Shown here piece by piece: positions 18,109-27,448 of a stretch of 64,000 nucleotides of DNA. Positions within the stretch are counted from its first letter, which is position 1. Every line of letters begins with the position of its first letter. The notes under the pieces were generated by a model. It worked only from the letters and a program-made list of their open reading frames with translations. It did not search any database and had not been told where the DNA came from. Where the stretch lies: the NCBI GenBank assembly GCA_963667845.2, contig CAXXVL010000002.1, forward strand, positions 448,001 to 512,000, given 5' to 3'. Origin of the DNA: Smithellaceae bacterium (lineage in GTDB: Bacteria; Desulfobacterota; Syntrophia; Syntrophales; Smithellaceae). Position numbers and translations under genes: made by a program.

Positions 18109-18769
18109 GGCGGATATTTTGAAAAGTGTCAACCTGTCCAAGAAATTCGGTAATCTGGAGGTCCTCAGGGGCGTGTCCCTGACGATTAAAGAAGGTGAAT
18201 TTGTATCCCTGGTCGGTAAATCCGGCGGCGGCAAGACGACACTGCTCTCCGTCCTGTCGGGGCTGGAACGGCCATCCCAGGGCCAGGTAATCCTCCATGG
18301 CAAAGAGATCACCGGCGCCTCAGAAGAGGAATTAGCTCTATTCCGCAGGGAATATGTCGGCTTTATCTTTCAATCTTTCAATCTGATCCCCACGCTTTCG
18401 GCATGGGAAAATGTAGCGCTGCCCCTTTTTCCGATCAAGATGACGCAGCAAAAACGCCAGGAACGAGCCATGGAACTTCTCAATCAGATGGAAATGGGTC
18501 ACAGGACCGAACATTTGCCGGCGGCCCTCTCCGGCGGGGAAAAGCAGCGGGTGGCCATTGCCAGAGCCCTGGCCAATCATCCGAAAATCGTTTTTGCCGA
18601 TGAACCGACAGGTAATCTCGATTCGGCAACGGGAGATGCTATTATGGCAGTATTGAGCGACCTTCATCAGAAACAGGGAATGACCCTGCTGATGGTTACT
18701 CATGAACCGGAGCTGGCCGCGTCGGCCGATCGCGTTATTCGCATGCAGGACGGGGAGGTAATCGTATGA
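18101..18769 (+). CDS. ABC transporter ATP-binding protein (LolD/MacB-like)
   Basis: GKSGGGKTT, LSGGEKQRVAIARAL, ADEPTGNLD. Confidence 0.95.
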   Translation: MSKADILKSVNLSKKFGNLEVLRGVSLTIKEGEFVSLVGKSGGGKTTLLSVLSGLERPSQGQVILHGKEITGASEEELALFRREYVGFIFQSFNLIPTLSAWENVALPLFPIKMTQQKRQERAMELLNQMEMGHRTEHLPAALSGGEKQRVAIARALANHPKIVFADEPTGNLDSATGDAIMAVLSDLHQKQGMTLLMVTHEPELAASADRVIRMQDGEVIV

Positions 18770-19170
18770 AAAAGATCTTTATCAGTTTTATGGGTCTAAT
18801 AATTTTAATCGCCGCTCTTGCTGCAAGCGCTGCGCAAAAGACAACCGTCGAGATCCTCTATATGAATCATGGACCGCTTTTGTCTACTCTAAAAGAGATA
18901 AACAATACCTGTGCCCAATACAAAGACAGCATCACCGTCTTCCGCTATGATTTTGACAGCCCCGAAGGAGAACAGTTCATGCACAAAAAGGGAATAAATC
19001 AGCATATTCCTCTGATGATCTGGATCAATGGAAAGAGTGATGTCTCGGTGAAAGGAAAGGAAATCAAGTTCAGCGGTTTCCCCTCAGGATCCGGTCCCGC
19101 CTTTGTTCAGGGAAAATGGACGATGGAAGATTTGCGCAGTGCACTGAATTCAGCAACACAAAAAAAATGA
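18766..19170 (+). CDS. Exported hypothetical protein
   Basis: Signal peptide; translationally coupled (ATGA overlap) inside the ABC operon. Confidence 0.75.
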   Translation: MKKIFISFMGLIILIAALAASAAQKTTVEILYMNHGPLLSTLKEINNTCAQYKDSITVFRYDFDSPEGEQFMHKKGINQHIPLMIWINGKSDVSVKGKEIKFSGFPSGSGPAFVQGKWTMEDLRSALNSATQKK

Positions 19171-19177
19171 GGGAACC

Positions 19178-20416
19178 ATGAACTATCGTTACCTTTGGAA
19201 CGAAATGCGGCATCGTCATCACAGGGCTTTGATAAATGTTTTAGGGATTGCCGTCGGGATTGCCCTCTTCGTGGCCATTAATGCAATGTCCGCTGCCTAT
19301 CAGAATGCTATGAGTCTACCTTTCAAAAACATCGGAGCGGATATTGTTGTCCAGCGGGCGGAGCAACGTTCGGTGACTGCGTCACAGCCACCGCAATCCA
19401 TGCGCGGCATCCGCCTGCCTTTTTCCAATCAGATTCTTTCCGCTCACGATTTGAAAAAGTTAAAAACGATTCCCGGCATAGATGCTATCGCAACATCCCT
19501 TCTGCTCTGGGAGTTTAATCAGGGTGGCTTTAAAACGATAATGGGTGTTGATCTGACCGCACCCGTTCTGGGGCCGATTAAGGTTAAAGATTGGCTGGCG
19601 CAAGGACGTTTTCCGGAAAAAACAGGTGAAGCTGTTCTTGAAAAACATTTCGCTAAATTTCACAAAGTTAAACCCGGAGACGCATTCGGGATTGGGGGGT
19701 CATCCTTTAATGTGGTCGGTCTGCTGGAAATTAAAGAAGGATCGCAGGTCGCTTCAGCCAATATTTACCTGCCTCTGGCGGATGCGCAATCTCTGTTGAC
19801 AGGAAATGCCGGCGTTGTAAATATTGCTTACCTTCACATGAAAGATCCGGCGCGGATTGATCATGTCAAAACACAAATCGCCAAAGCCCTTTCGGGTGCG
19901 ACGATAACCAGCTCTGACTCATTTCTGGAACTCATGGGCGGCGTGTCCCAAATTTCCAGCCAGTTTTCTCTGCTTGTATCTTTAGTCGCCCTCGCCGGCG
20001 CTTTTTTTCTGATTATCAAAACGATGCTCGGAAATCTGGTGGAACGCTCCCGGGAAATCGGCATTCTGAAGGCGCTCGGTTGGACGAGCGGTGATATTCA
20101 AAAGCAGCTTCTGGGAGAAGCGATTGTGCAATCCGTTTTGGGCGGCATTGCCGGTATTGCGGCGGGATATCTGATTTCTTATCTTCTTGGTTATCTTTCG
20201 ATCCCCATATCCACACCGTGGGAGCTGAATCTCACACCAGCCTTTGCCAAAGATGCGGCGGCGACAGCCAAAACCATTCACCTCCCGGTGAGTTTCTCCC
20301 CGGTCTTAACGGCTGGGGCGCTGGCTTTATCTATCCTTGCAGGAGTGCTGGCAAGTTATTTTATGGGCAGGCGAATGGCTAAAATGAAGCCGGCAGATAT
20401 TCTCCGCAAATTGTAA
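19178..20416 (+). CDS. ABC transporter permease (MacB/FtsX family), paralogue of 16858..18108
   Basis: ERSREIGILKALGW; shares IGADIxVQR and PWE motifs with the first permease. Confidence 0.9.
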   Translation: MNYRYLWNEMRHRHHRALINVLGIAVGIALFVAINAMSAAYQNAMSLPFKNIGADIVVQRAEQRSVTASQPPQSMRGIRLPFSNQILSAHDLKKLKTIPGIDAIATSLLLWEFNQGGFKTIMGVDLTAPVLGPIKVKDWLAQGRFPEKTGEAVLEKHFAKFHKVKPGDAFGIGGSSFNVVGLLEIKEGSQVASANIYLPLADAQSLLTGNAGVVNIAYLHMKDPARIDHVKTQIAKALSGATITSSDSFLELMGGVSQISSQFSLLVSLVALAGAFFLIIKTMLGNLVERSREIGILKALGWTSGDIQKQLLGEAIVQSVLGGIAGIAAGYLISYLLGYLSIPISTPWELNLTPAFAKDAAATAKTIHLPVSFSPVLTAGALALSILAGVLASYFMGRRMAKMKPADILRKL

Positions 20417-20530
20417 ACGGCTGGTCCGGTCATCAAAGTAATAAAACCCTCTCGAGAGTTTTAAGGCACCGGTTCCGAAGCCAAACCTTCGCTACACTAA
20501 ATGTGGTTGCCGACGGCTGTAAAGGTTGGG

Positions 20531-21430
20531 CTACGCCATCGTCACACGGTTTCTTCCCGCATGCTTGCTCTCATAAAGAAGTCTGTCGGCCCGTTTGATC
20601 AGGCTGTCCGTGTCCTCGTTAGGGCGCATCAGCGTTGCTCCCATGGAAATGGTCACCTGCAATTTCTCATTTTCATGGGCCAGATAAGAGCGTTCCACCA
20701 GCATGCGCAATCTTTGGGCCAGCTCTTTTAGCTGACCGGCATCAATATTCCGGATGATCCCGATAAATTCTTCCCCGCCCCACCGTCCGATAACGTCGAA
20801 GGGTCTGGCGTTTTTGACGAGCGTGTCCGCCACGAATTTTAAAACCCGATCACCGCCGTCGTGGCCGTAAACATCATTGAATTTTTTAAAATGGTCGATA
20901 TCCATCATCAACAGACCGGACAGCCAGCCAAAGCGCCTGGCTTCCTCAAAGCGGGCCAGAAGTTCATTTTCAATGCAGTGCCGGTTGGCCAGATGCGTGA
21001 GTTTGTCCATGAGCGCCATCGCTTCCAGTTCTTTCGCCCGCAGTTCGATGGATTTGTAGGCGCTGATGTCCGTAAACAACTCCACTCCGCCCGACACCCG
21101 CCCCAGCTCATCAACGAGAGGGGACACGCGCACGGAAACGGGTATGCGGTGGCCGTCCTTGTGGTGCATATATACTTCGGCTTCTCGATCCGCTTTGTCT
21201 TTGATGGCCGCCGCCAGCGGGCACAGGGAAAGGCAGAGGTTGTTCCCCTTGCCGTCCACGTGGGTGAGGATATTGTCCGAGCAGGGTCTGCCGATAACCT
21301 CGCGGGCTGTAAAACCGGAAATCCTTTCAGCTCCCTTGTTCCAGTAACGGATGACCCGGTCCAGATCCACAAAGTATAAACCGTCGTACAAATTATCGAT
21401 GATCATCTGATAGGATTTTTCATTCAACAT
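20531..21430 (-). CDS. PAS-domain diguanylate cyclase
   Basis: PAS domain plus DIDHFKKFNDVYGH and GRWGGEEF, with RxxD I-site (RPFD). Confidence 0.93.
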   Translation of the reverse strand: MLNEKSYQMIIDNLYDGLYFVDLDRVIRYWNKGAERISGFTAREVIGRPCSDNILTHVDGKGNNLCLSLCPLAAAIKDKADREAEVYMHHKDGHRIPVSVRVSPLVDELGRVSGGVELFTDISAYKSIELRAKELEAMALMDKLTHLANRHCIENELLARFEEARRFGWLSGLLMMDIDHFKKFNDVYGHDGGDRVLKFVADTLVKNARPFDVIGRWGGEEFIGIIRNIDAGQLKELAQRLRMLVERSYLAHENEKLQVTISMGATLMRPNEDTDSLIKRADRLLYESKHAGRNRVTMA

Positions 21431-21609
21431 CGTAAGTCACCTCAGGCACCACCAGGGTGTTCTTCTGCAATGAACCTCAGTCCATCCGGTGCTTCCGGAA
21501 AAGATAGTTCCCATGCCCATAATTATCCCAAAAAAATATTTTGACAACCTTTAAGTTTTGCATTAAGAGATCCTATAGAATATTCACCGTTTTTGAAGGA
21601 TAGAATTAA

Positions 21610-21729
21610 ATGTTCAGTTTTACGGCAACAACGATTACGGCATGCGCGTTTCTGACCCTGCTTCTGGGCCTCGCCTTGTTGCGCCTTTTACTTAAGGCCG
21701 CCTGCCCGTCGTTTTTAGGTCGTCGCTGA
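21610..21729 (+). CDS. leuL: leu operon leader peptide (39 aa, 11 Leu)
   Basis: MFSFTATTITACAFLTLLLGLALLRLLLKAACPSFLGRR*, with AAGGA upstream, directly before a terminator and leuA. Not in the ORF track. Confidence 0.82.
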   Translation: MFSFTATTITACAFLTLLLGLALLRLLLKAACPSFLGRR

Positions 21730-21752
21730 ACTCTCAGACTAACTGATTACCT

Positions 21753-21789
21753 AAAAGGCCGTGGGCAGCAAAGCCCACGGCCTTTTTTT
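21753..21789 (+). terminator. leu attenuator terminator
   Basis: AAAAGGCCGTGGGC-AGCAAA-GCCCACGGCCTTTTTTT. Confidence 0.9.
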
Positions 21790-21836
21790 ATGATTTCGTT
21801 TAGACTAATTTTGGAGCAAATATGAAAGGAGCCCCT

Positions 21837-23387
21837 ATGAAAAAGGATAAAAATCACGTCTATATTTTCGACACGTCGCTGCGCGACGGCGAGCAATCAC
21901 CAGGCAACAGCATGAACACGGAGGAAAAGCTGCTTCTGGCCCGGCAGCTCGAAAAACTGGGCGTCGATATTATCGAGGCCGGATTTCCCATCGCCTCCGA
22001 AGGGGATTTTGACGCTGTCCGACAGATCGCCCGCGAAATCAAGAGATCGCAGGTGGCGGGACTGGCCCGCGCCAACAAGCCGGATATCGATCGCGCCTGG
22101 CAGGCGATCAAAAATGCCGCCCATCCGCGCATTCATACCTTTATCTCCTCTTCGGACATTCATCTGAAATACCAACTCAAGAAGAGCCGGGAACAAGTGC
22201 TTAAGGAAGCCGTCGTTGCCGTCAAGCTGGCGCGTTCCTACACGGACAATGTTGAATTTTCTCCGATGGACGCCACCCGTTCGGACCGGGACTATCTGGT
22301 CAGGATGGTATCGGCCGTCATTGATGCCGGAGCCAACACCGTGAATATCCCGGACACGGTCGGATACACCGTTCCCGAGGAATTCGGCAGCCTGATTGCG
22401 TATCTGTTCGCCAATGTCAAAAACATCCGTAATGCGGTTATCTCCGTTCACTGTCACGATGATCTGGGGCTCGCCGTAGCCAATTCGCTTGCGGCCATCG
22501 CCAGCGGCGCAAGGCAGGTGGAATGCACGATCAACGGCATCGGCGAACGGGCGGGCAACACGGCGATGGAAGAAATCGTCATGGCGCTGGCCACGCGCAA
22601 AGACATGTATGGCCTCAATACCCAGATCAAGACAGACCAGATTTATAAGACGTCGCGACTGCTCACACAGATCACCGGCATTGCAGTGCAGCCCAACAAA
22701 GCCATCGTCGGGGCCAATGCCTTTGCGCATGAATCCGGCATTCATCAGGACGGGCTGATCAAGGAAAAAATCACCTACGAGATCATGACGCCGCAGTCCG
22801 TCGGGATCAGCGATACCCATATCGTTCTGGGCAAGCACTCCGGTCGGGCCGCTATTTCGCAGCATTTGAAAAAAATGGGATACATCCTCAACGAGGAGCA
22901 GATCAACCGCGTCGCGGCAAAAGTCAAGGAGCTGGCCGATATTAAGAAAGACATCTATGATGAAGATCTGCAGGCCATCCTGTACGAAGACATTTACCGC
23001 GGCGAAGATAAGTATCACCTGGTTTACCTCAATGTTGTAAGCGGCAATGTGGCTATTCCGACAGCCACCATGGAGATGAAAGTCGGAAAAGAAATCGTCC
23101 GTGACGCGGGCTTTGGCAATGGTCCTGTAGACGCAACGTTTGCGGCGATCCGCAACATCACCAAAACCAATTACCCGCTCTTAAAGTACGTGGTCAACGC
23201 CATCACCGGCGGCGCCGACGCTCAGGGCGAGACCATGGTTCAACTCAAGTATAACGGCCACACCGTGGTCGGCCGGGGTGCCCATCCCGACGTGATCGTT
23301 GCATCGGCCAAAGCTTACATCAACGCGCTTAACAGGCTGGAATTCCTGAAAAACAGCGTTAAGAAGGTTAAACTTGAATTAAGCTAA
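21837..23387 (+). CDS. leuA: 2-isopropylmalate synthase
   Basis: DTSLRDGEQSPG, HCHDDLG, GIGERAGN, HESGIHQDG, regulatory domain GNGPVDA. Confidence 0.96.
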   Translation: MKKDKNHVYIFDTSLRDGEQSPGNSMNTEEKLLLARQLEKLGVDIIEAGFPIASEGDFDAVRQIAREIKRSQVAGLARANKPDIDRAWQAIKNAAHPRIHTFISSSDIHLKYQLKKSREQVLKEAVVAVKLARSYTDNVEFSPMDATRSDRDYLVRMVSAVIDAGANTVNIPDTVGYTVPEEFGSLIAYLFANVKNIRNAVISVHCHDDLGLAVANSLAAIASGARQVECTINGIGERAGNTAMEEIVMALATRKDMYGLNTQIKTDQIYKTSRLLTQITGIAVQPNKAIVGANAFAHESGIHQDGLIKEKITYEIMTPQSVGISDTHIVLGKHSGRAAISQHLKKMGYILNEEQINRVAAKVKELADIKKDIYDEDLQAILYEDIYRGEDKYHLVYLNVVSGNVAIPTATMEMKVGKEIVRDAGFGNGPVDATFAAIRNITKTNYPLLKYVVNAITGGADAQGETMVQLKYNGHTVVGRGAHPDVIVASAKAYINALNRLEFLKNSVKKVKLELS

Positions 23388-23459
23388 AAAAAAGGGTAAG
23401 GACAACTTCTCATTTTCATTATTTAAAGCAGCATACTTGTCGGTCAAGGAGTTCATAAC

Positions 23460-24719
23460 GTGGGACAAACGATTACGGAAAAAATTTTATTGGCGCACAC
23501 GGACCTGAAGGACATCGCACCGGGTCAGTTGATTAATGCCCGGGTGGATATTGCTTTAGGCAACGACATTACTGCGCCGATTGCCATCCGGGAATTCCGG
23601 GCGGCCGGCGGGAAAAAAGTTTTTGATAAGAATAAGGTGGCGCTGGTGCTCGACCATTTTACACCGAACAAGGACATCAGCTCCGCCGAACAGTGCAAAA
23701 CGGTGCGCGAGTTTGCCGTCGAACACGGCGTAGTCCATTTTTACGAAGGCGGCCATGTGGGCGTGGAACACGCGCTCCTGCCGGAAAAAGGCATTGTGCT
23801 CCCCGGCGATCTGGTTATCGGAGCGGACAGCCATACCTGCACCTACGGCGCTCTGGGCGCTTTTGCGACGGGCGTCGGCAGCACGGACCTGGCGGCTGCC
23901 ATGCTGACCGGCGAACTTTGGTTCAAGGTGCCGGAGTCGATCAAATTTGTCGTTTACGGTAAACTTGCCAAGTGGGTTTCGGGCAAGGATCTGATTCTGA
24001 ATATCATCGGACGCATCGGCGTGGACGGCGCGCTTTACCAGGCAATGGAATTCACGGGCGAAACGATTGCCGCGCTGCCGATGGCCGACCGCCTCTCCAT
24101 GGCCAACATGGCCATCGAAGCCGGCGCGAAAAACGGCATCTTCGCGCCCGATGCCGTCACGGAAGCCTACGTCAAACCAAGAGCCAAACGGCCTTACAAA
24201 TTTTACACATCCGATGCCGACGCGGCCTATGCTCAAGTCATTGAAATCGACGCGGGCCAGCTCGAGCCTCAAGTCGCTTTCCCGCACCTGCCTTCCCATG
24301 TCAAAGGGGTAAGCCAGGCAGGGCACGTAAAGATTGACCAGTCGCTGATCGGATCATGCACCAATGGCCGGATTGAAGACCTTAGGATCGCCGCTCAGAT
24401 TTTGAAAAATCGCAAAGCCGCTCCCTACGTCCGGTTGATTGTCGTTCCGGCCACGCCGCTCATCTATAAGCAGGCGATGAAGGAGGGGCTCCTGGACATC
24501 TTCCTGGATGCCAACGCGGTGATCAGCCCGCCTTCCTGCGGCGCCTGTCTGGGAGGTCATCTGGGTATTCTGGCCGCGGGCGAGAAGTCGGTGGCCACAA
24601 CAAACCGCAACTTCGTAGGCCGCATGGGGCACCCTAAAAGCGAAGTCTACCTGGCGAGTCCGGCCGTGGCCGCGGCCTCCGCCGTACTGGGCCGAATTGC
24701 TTCGCCTGAAGAACTATAA
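23460..24719 (+). CDS. leuC: 3-isopropylmalate dehydratase large subunit
   Basis: [30 protein letters not shown]. Confidence 0.96.
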   Translation: MGQTITEKILLAHTDLKDIAPGQLINARVDIALGNDITAPIAIREFRAAGGKKVFDKNKVALVLDHFTPNKDISSAEQCKTVREFAVEHGVVHFYEGGHVGVEHALLPEKGIVLPGDLVIGADSHTCTYGALGAFATGVGSTDLAAAMLTGELWFKVPESIKFVVYGKLAKWVSGKDLILNIIGRIGVDGALYQAMEFTGETIAALPMADRLSMANMAIEAGAKNGIFAPDAVTEAYVKPRAKRPYKFYTSDADAAYAQVIEIDAGQLEPQVAFPHLPSHVKGVSQAGHVKIDQSLIGSCTNGRIEDLRIAAQILKNRKAAPYVRLIVVPATPLIYKQAMKEGLLDIFLDANAVISPPSCGACLGGHLGILAAGEKSVATTNRNFVGRMGHPKSEVYLASPAVAAASAVLGRIASPEEL

Positions 24720-24738
24720 ATTTAGAGGATTTATTCAT

Positions 24739-25224
24739 ATGATATTTACCGGAAAAGTCTGGAAATTCGGAGACAACATTGATACCGACGCCATTATTCC
24801 CGCGCGTTATCTCAACACATCGGATCCGGCGGAGCTGGCCAAACACTGCATGGAAGACGCGGACCCTGATTTTATGAAGAAGATGAAGCCGGGCGACATT
24901 ATCCTCGGCGGCGAAAACTTCGGCTGCGGATCATCGCGGGAGCATGCCCCCATCGCCATCAAAGCGGCGGGAATCTCCTGCGTCGTGGCCAAGAGTTTTG
25001 CGAGAATTTTCTACCGTAACGCCTTCAATATGGGGCTGCCCATTTTCGAATCAAAAGATCTGACGGATGCAATCGCCGAGGGCCGGGAAATCACCATTGA
25101 CAGCGCCCGGGGAATGATTACTGTTGCCGGTTCGGATCAGACATTTCCAATCAGCCCGATACCGCCTTTTATGGAGCAGCTCATCGCTGACGGCGGCCTG
25201 ATGAAACATATCGCCAAGAAATGA
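24739..25224 (+). CDS. leuD: 3-isopropylmalate dehydratase small subunit
   Basis: [30 protein letters not shown]. Confidence 0.96.
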   Translation: MIFTGKVWKFGDNIDTDAIIPARYLNTSDPAELAKHCMEDADPDFMKKMKPGDIILGGENFGCGSSREHAPIAIKAAGISCVVAKSFARIFYRNAFNMGLPIFESKDLTDAIAEGREITIDSARGMITVAGSDQTFPISPIPPFMEQLIADGGLMKHIAKK

Positions 25225-25231
25225 GGGAAGC

Positions 25232-26326
25232 ATGACGAACAAGGAATTCAAAATCGCCGTTTTCGCCGGAGACGGCGTCGGCCCTGAAATTATGGCAGAG
25301 GCGTTAAAGGTTTTGCAGCTCATCACCGCTGCACGGCATATTCTCGTCGGGATAACAGAGGGGCTTATCGGCGGCAGCGCCTATGATGCCTGCGGCACGC
25401 CGTTTCCGGATGCGAGTCTGAATCTTGCACTGCAAAGCGACGCGGTTTTGCTGGGCGCTGTAGGCGGCCCGAAGTGGGAGGGCCTGGATTACAGTGTCCG
25501 TCCCGAACGGGCGCTATTGGGATTGCGCGAAAAGCTCGGCCTTTATGCCAATCTGCGGCCCGTGGTCGTCTTCGACGAGTTGCTCGATGCTTCTCCGCTG
25601 AAGAAAGACATCGTCAGGGGCATCGATATCATGATCCTGCGGGAATTGACCGGCGATGTTTACTTCGGCAAACCCCGCGGTGTGACGAAAGATCGGGAAG
25701 GCCGCCGCACCGGTGTTAACACGATGATCTACACGGAAGAGGAAATCCGCCGCATCGCGGTACGCGCCTTCGACCTGGCGCGCGGACGCCGGAAAAATCT
25801 CCTGTCCGTGGACAAAGCCAATGTTCTGGAATCGACCGAACTGTGGCGCACCGTAGTCACGGAAGTGGGGCGGGATTACCCCGACGTGGCGCTGAAACAC
25901 ATGTACGTTGATAATTGCGCCATGCAGCTCATCCGCAATCCGGGGCAGTTTGACGTGATTGTGACCACGAATTTGTTCGGCGATATCTTGAGCGATGAAG
26001 CCGCGATGCTCACGGGTTCCATCGGCATGCTGCCGTCGGCCAGCCTCGGGGCGGGCAAGGCCCTGTATGAACCGATTCACGGGTCGGCGCCGGATATCGC
26101 GGGGAAAAACATCGCCAACCCGCTGGCGACGATTCTATCGGTGGCGATGATGCTGAGGTATTCACTTGATCGACCCGGAGAAGCAGCTTTAATCGAAAGA
26201 GCCGTGGCGGAAGTTTTAAAAGACGGCTGGCGAACGCAGGATATTTATTCAACGGGCGGCCGGCTCGCCAACACCCAGGACATGGGAAACGCGGTGATTC
26301 AAAAGCTTGAATCATTGATCCATTGA
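25232..26326 (+). CDS. leuB: 3-isopropylmalate dehydrogenase
   Basis: [34 protein letters not shown]. Confidence 0.96.
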   Translation: MTNKEFKIAVFAGDGVGPEIMAEALKVLQLITAARHILVGITEGLIGGSAYDACGTPFPDASLNLALQSDAVLLGAVGGPKWEGLDYSVRPERALLGLREKLGLYANLRPVVVFDELLDASPLKKDIVRGIDIMILRELTGDVYFGKPRGVTKDREGRRTGVNTMIYTEEEIRRIAVRAFDLARGRRKNLLSVDKANVLESTELWRTVVTEVGRDYPDVALKHMYVDNCAMQLIRNPGQFDVIVTTNLFGDILSDEAAMLTGSIGMLPSASLGAGKALYEPIHGSAPDIAGKNIANPLATILSVAMMLRYSLDRPGEAALIERAVAEVLKDGWRTQDIYSTGGRLANTQDMGNAVIQKLESLIH

Positions 26327-26352
26327 ACGAACAACAAAGGAGACACCCTGCC

Positions 26353-26754
26353 TTGAAAGGGAAAATTCTGGTAGTCGACGACGAAGCGTCAGTCCGTGAA
26401 TTATTTTCCGGTGTATTCGTCGAAGAAGACTATGAAGTGATTGCCGCGGAAACCGGCGATCAGGCATTGGACATTCTCGGGCGGGACGACATCGACGTCA
26501 TTTTTCTGGACTTGAAGCTTTTCGGCATGAACGGCGTTGACCTCTGCCGCCGGATTCGCAAGACCAAGCCTGTGTCGATGATCTTTGCCATCACCGGCTG
26601 GGCGCCGCTTTTTGACATCGAGGAATGCCGCGAAGCCGGTTTCGACGATTACTTTGAAAAGCCTTTGAACATGGACATCCTGCTCTCCGTCGTTGTCGAT
26701 TCGTTTAAAAAACTCGACCGCTGGAAGAGACGCTACACGAATACTCAAAAATAA
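26353..26754 (+). CDS. Single-domain response regulator
   Basis: ILVVDDE, FLDLKL, EKP receiver motifs; TTG start after AAGGAG. Confidence 0.88.
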   Translation: MKGKILVVDDEASVRELFSGVFVEEDYEVIAAETGDQALDILGRDDIDVIFLDLKLFGMNGVDLCRRIRKTKPVSMIFAITGWAPLFDIEECREAGFDDYFEKPLNMDILLSVVVDSFKKLDRWKRRYTNTQK

Positions 26755-26773
26755 GGAGACCGACAGGCCGGAC

Positions 26774-27397
26774 ATGCTCAATTCCGTCACCATTATCGAA
26801 AAGATAATCCTTGATCCCCCCACAGCTAAAATCTATTCCCGTCTCGGTTACCGCAAAAAGCTGACGTCCCTTTCCTCTGTCCGGGAGAAAGAAACAAACC
26901 GTTATATCGAAGAAGCCGTCGCACTCATTTCCCTTCAGGGAGTCTTTCTCAGATTGTCCATCCTGGAAAATAACAGCGGGGTCGTCCGGCTCGCAGGAGG
27001 GCTCTCGCTGGAGAGCATAAAGTTGGCTCACTTTCTGGATGCGTGCACGGAGGCCGTGCTCATGGGAGCGACATCCGGCAACGCTGTCATGGAGGGGATC
27101 AGAAATAGAACGAGCGAAGACAATCTGACAGCGGCAGTTGTTTATGATGCGACGGCCAGTGAAATGACCGATGCGGCCCTTGATTGGCTCATGTCTTATA
27201 TCAACCGACAGCTGCGGCGCGAGGGCAAACAGCTTTTGAAGCGGCGCTTTTCAGCCGGCTATGGAGATTTTGCGCTCACGAATCAAGAAGGAATATACAA
27301 GCAACTGCACCTGGAAAGAATCGGCGTAGCCCTCACCCCGAGTTTCTTGCTGATTCCTGAAAAATCCGTCACGGCGATCGGCGGAATCCCCGGATGA
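26774..27397 (+). CDS. Stand-alone B12-dependent methionine synthase activation-domain-like protein
   Basis: RRFSAGYGDF and LIPEKSVTAI motifs. Confidence 0.8.
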   Translation: MLNSVTIIEKIILDPPTAKIYSRLGYRKKLTSLSSVREKETNRYIEEAVALISLQGVFLRLSILENNSGVVRLAGGLSLESIKLAHFLDACTEAVLMGATSGNAVMEGIRNRTSEDNLTAAVVYDATASEMTDAALDWLMSYINRQLRREGKQLLKRRFSAGYGDFALTNQEGIYKQLHLERIGVALTPSFLLIPEKSVTAIGGIPG

Positions 27398-27448
27398 CAA
27401 TAATTTGATATTGATTTTCTGACTCTGACGCTCTAAGGTTTCGCTCTT

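Noticed and set aside
21897..23018. Long antisense ORFs (also 7050..8021, 10866..11879, 12883..13767, 47655..48656, 52254..53192)
   Set aside because: Shadow frames of well-supported GC-rich genes, with no recognisable motifs.
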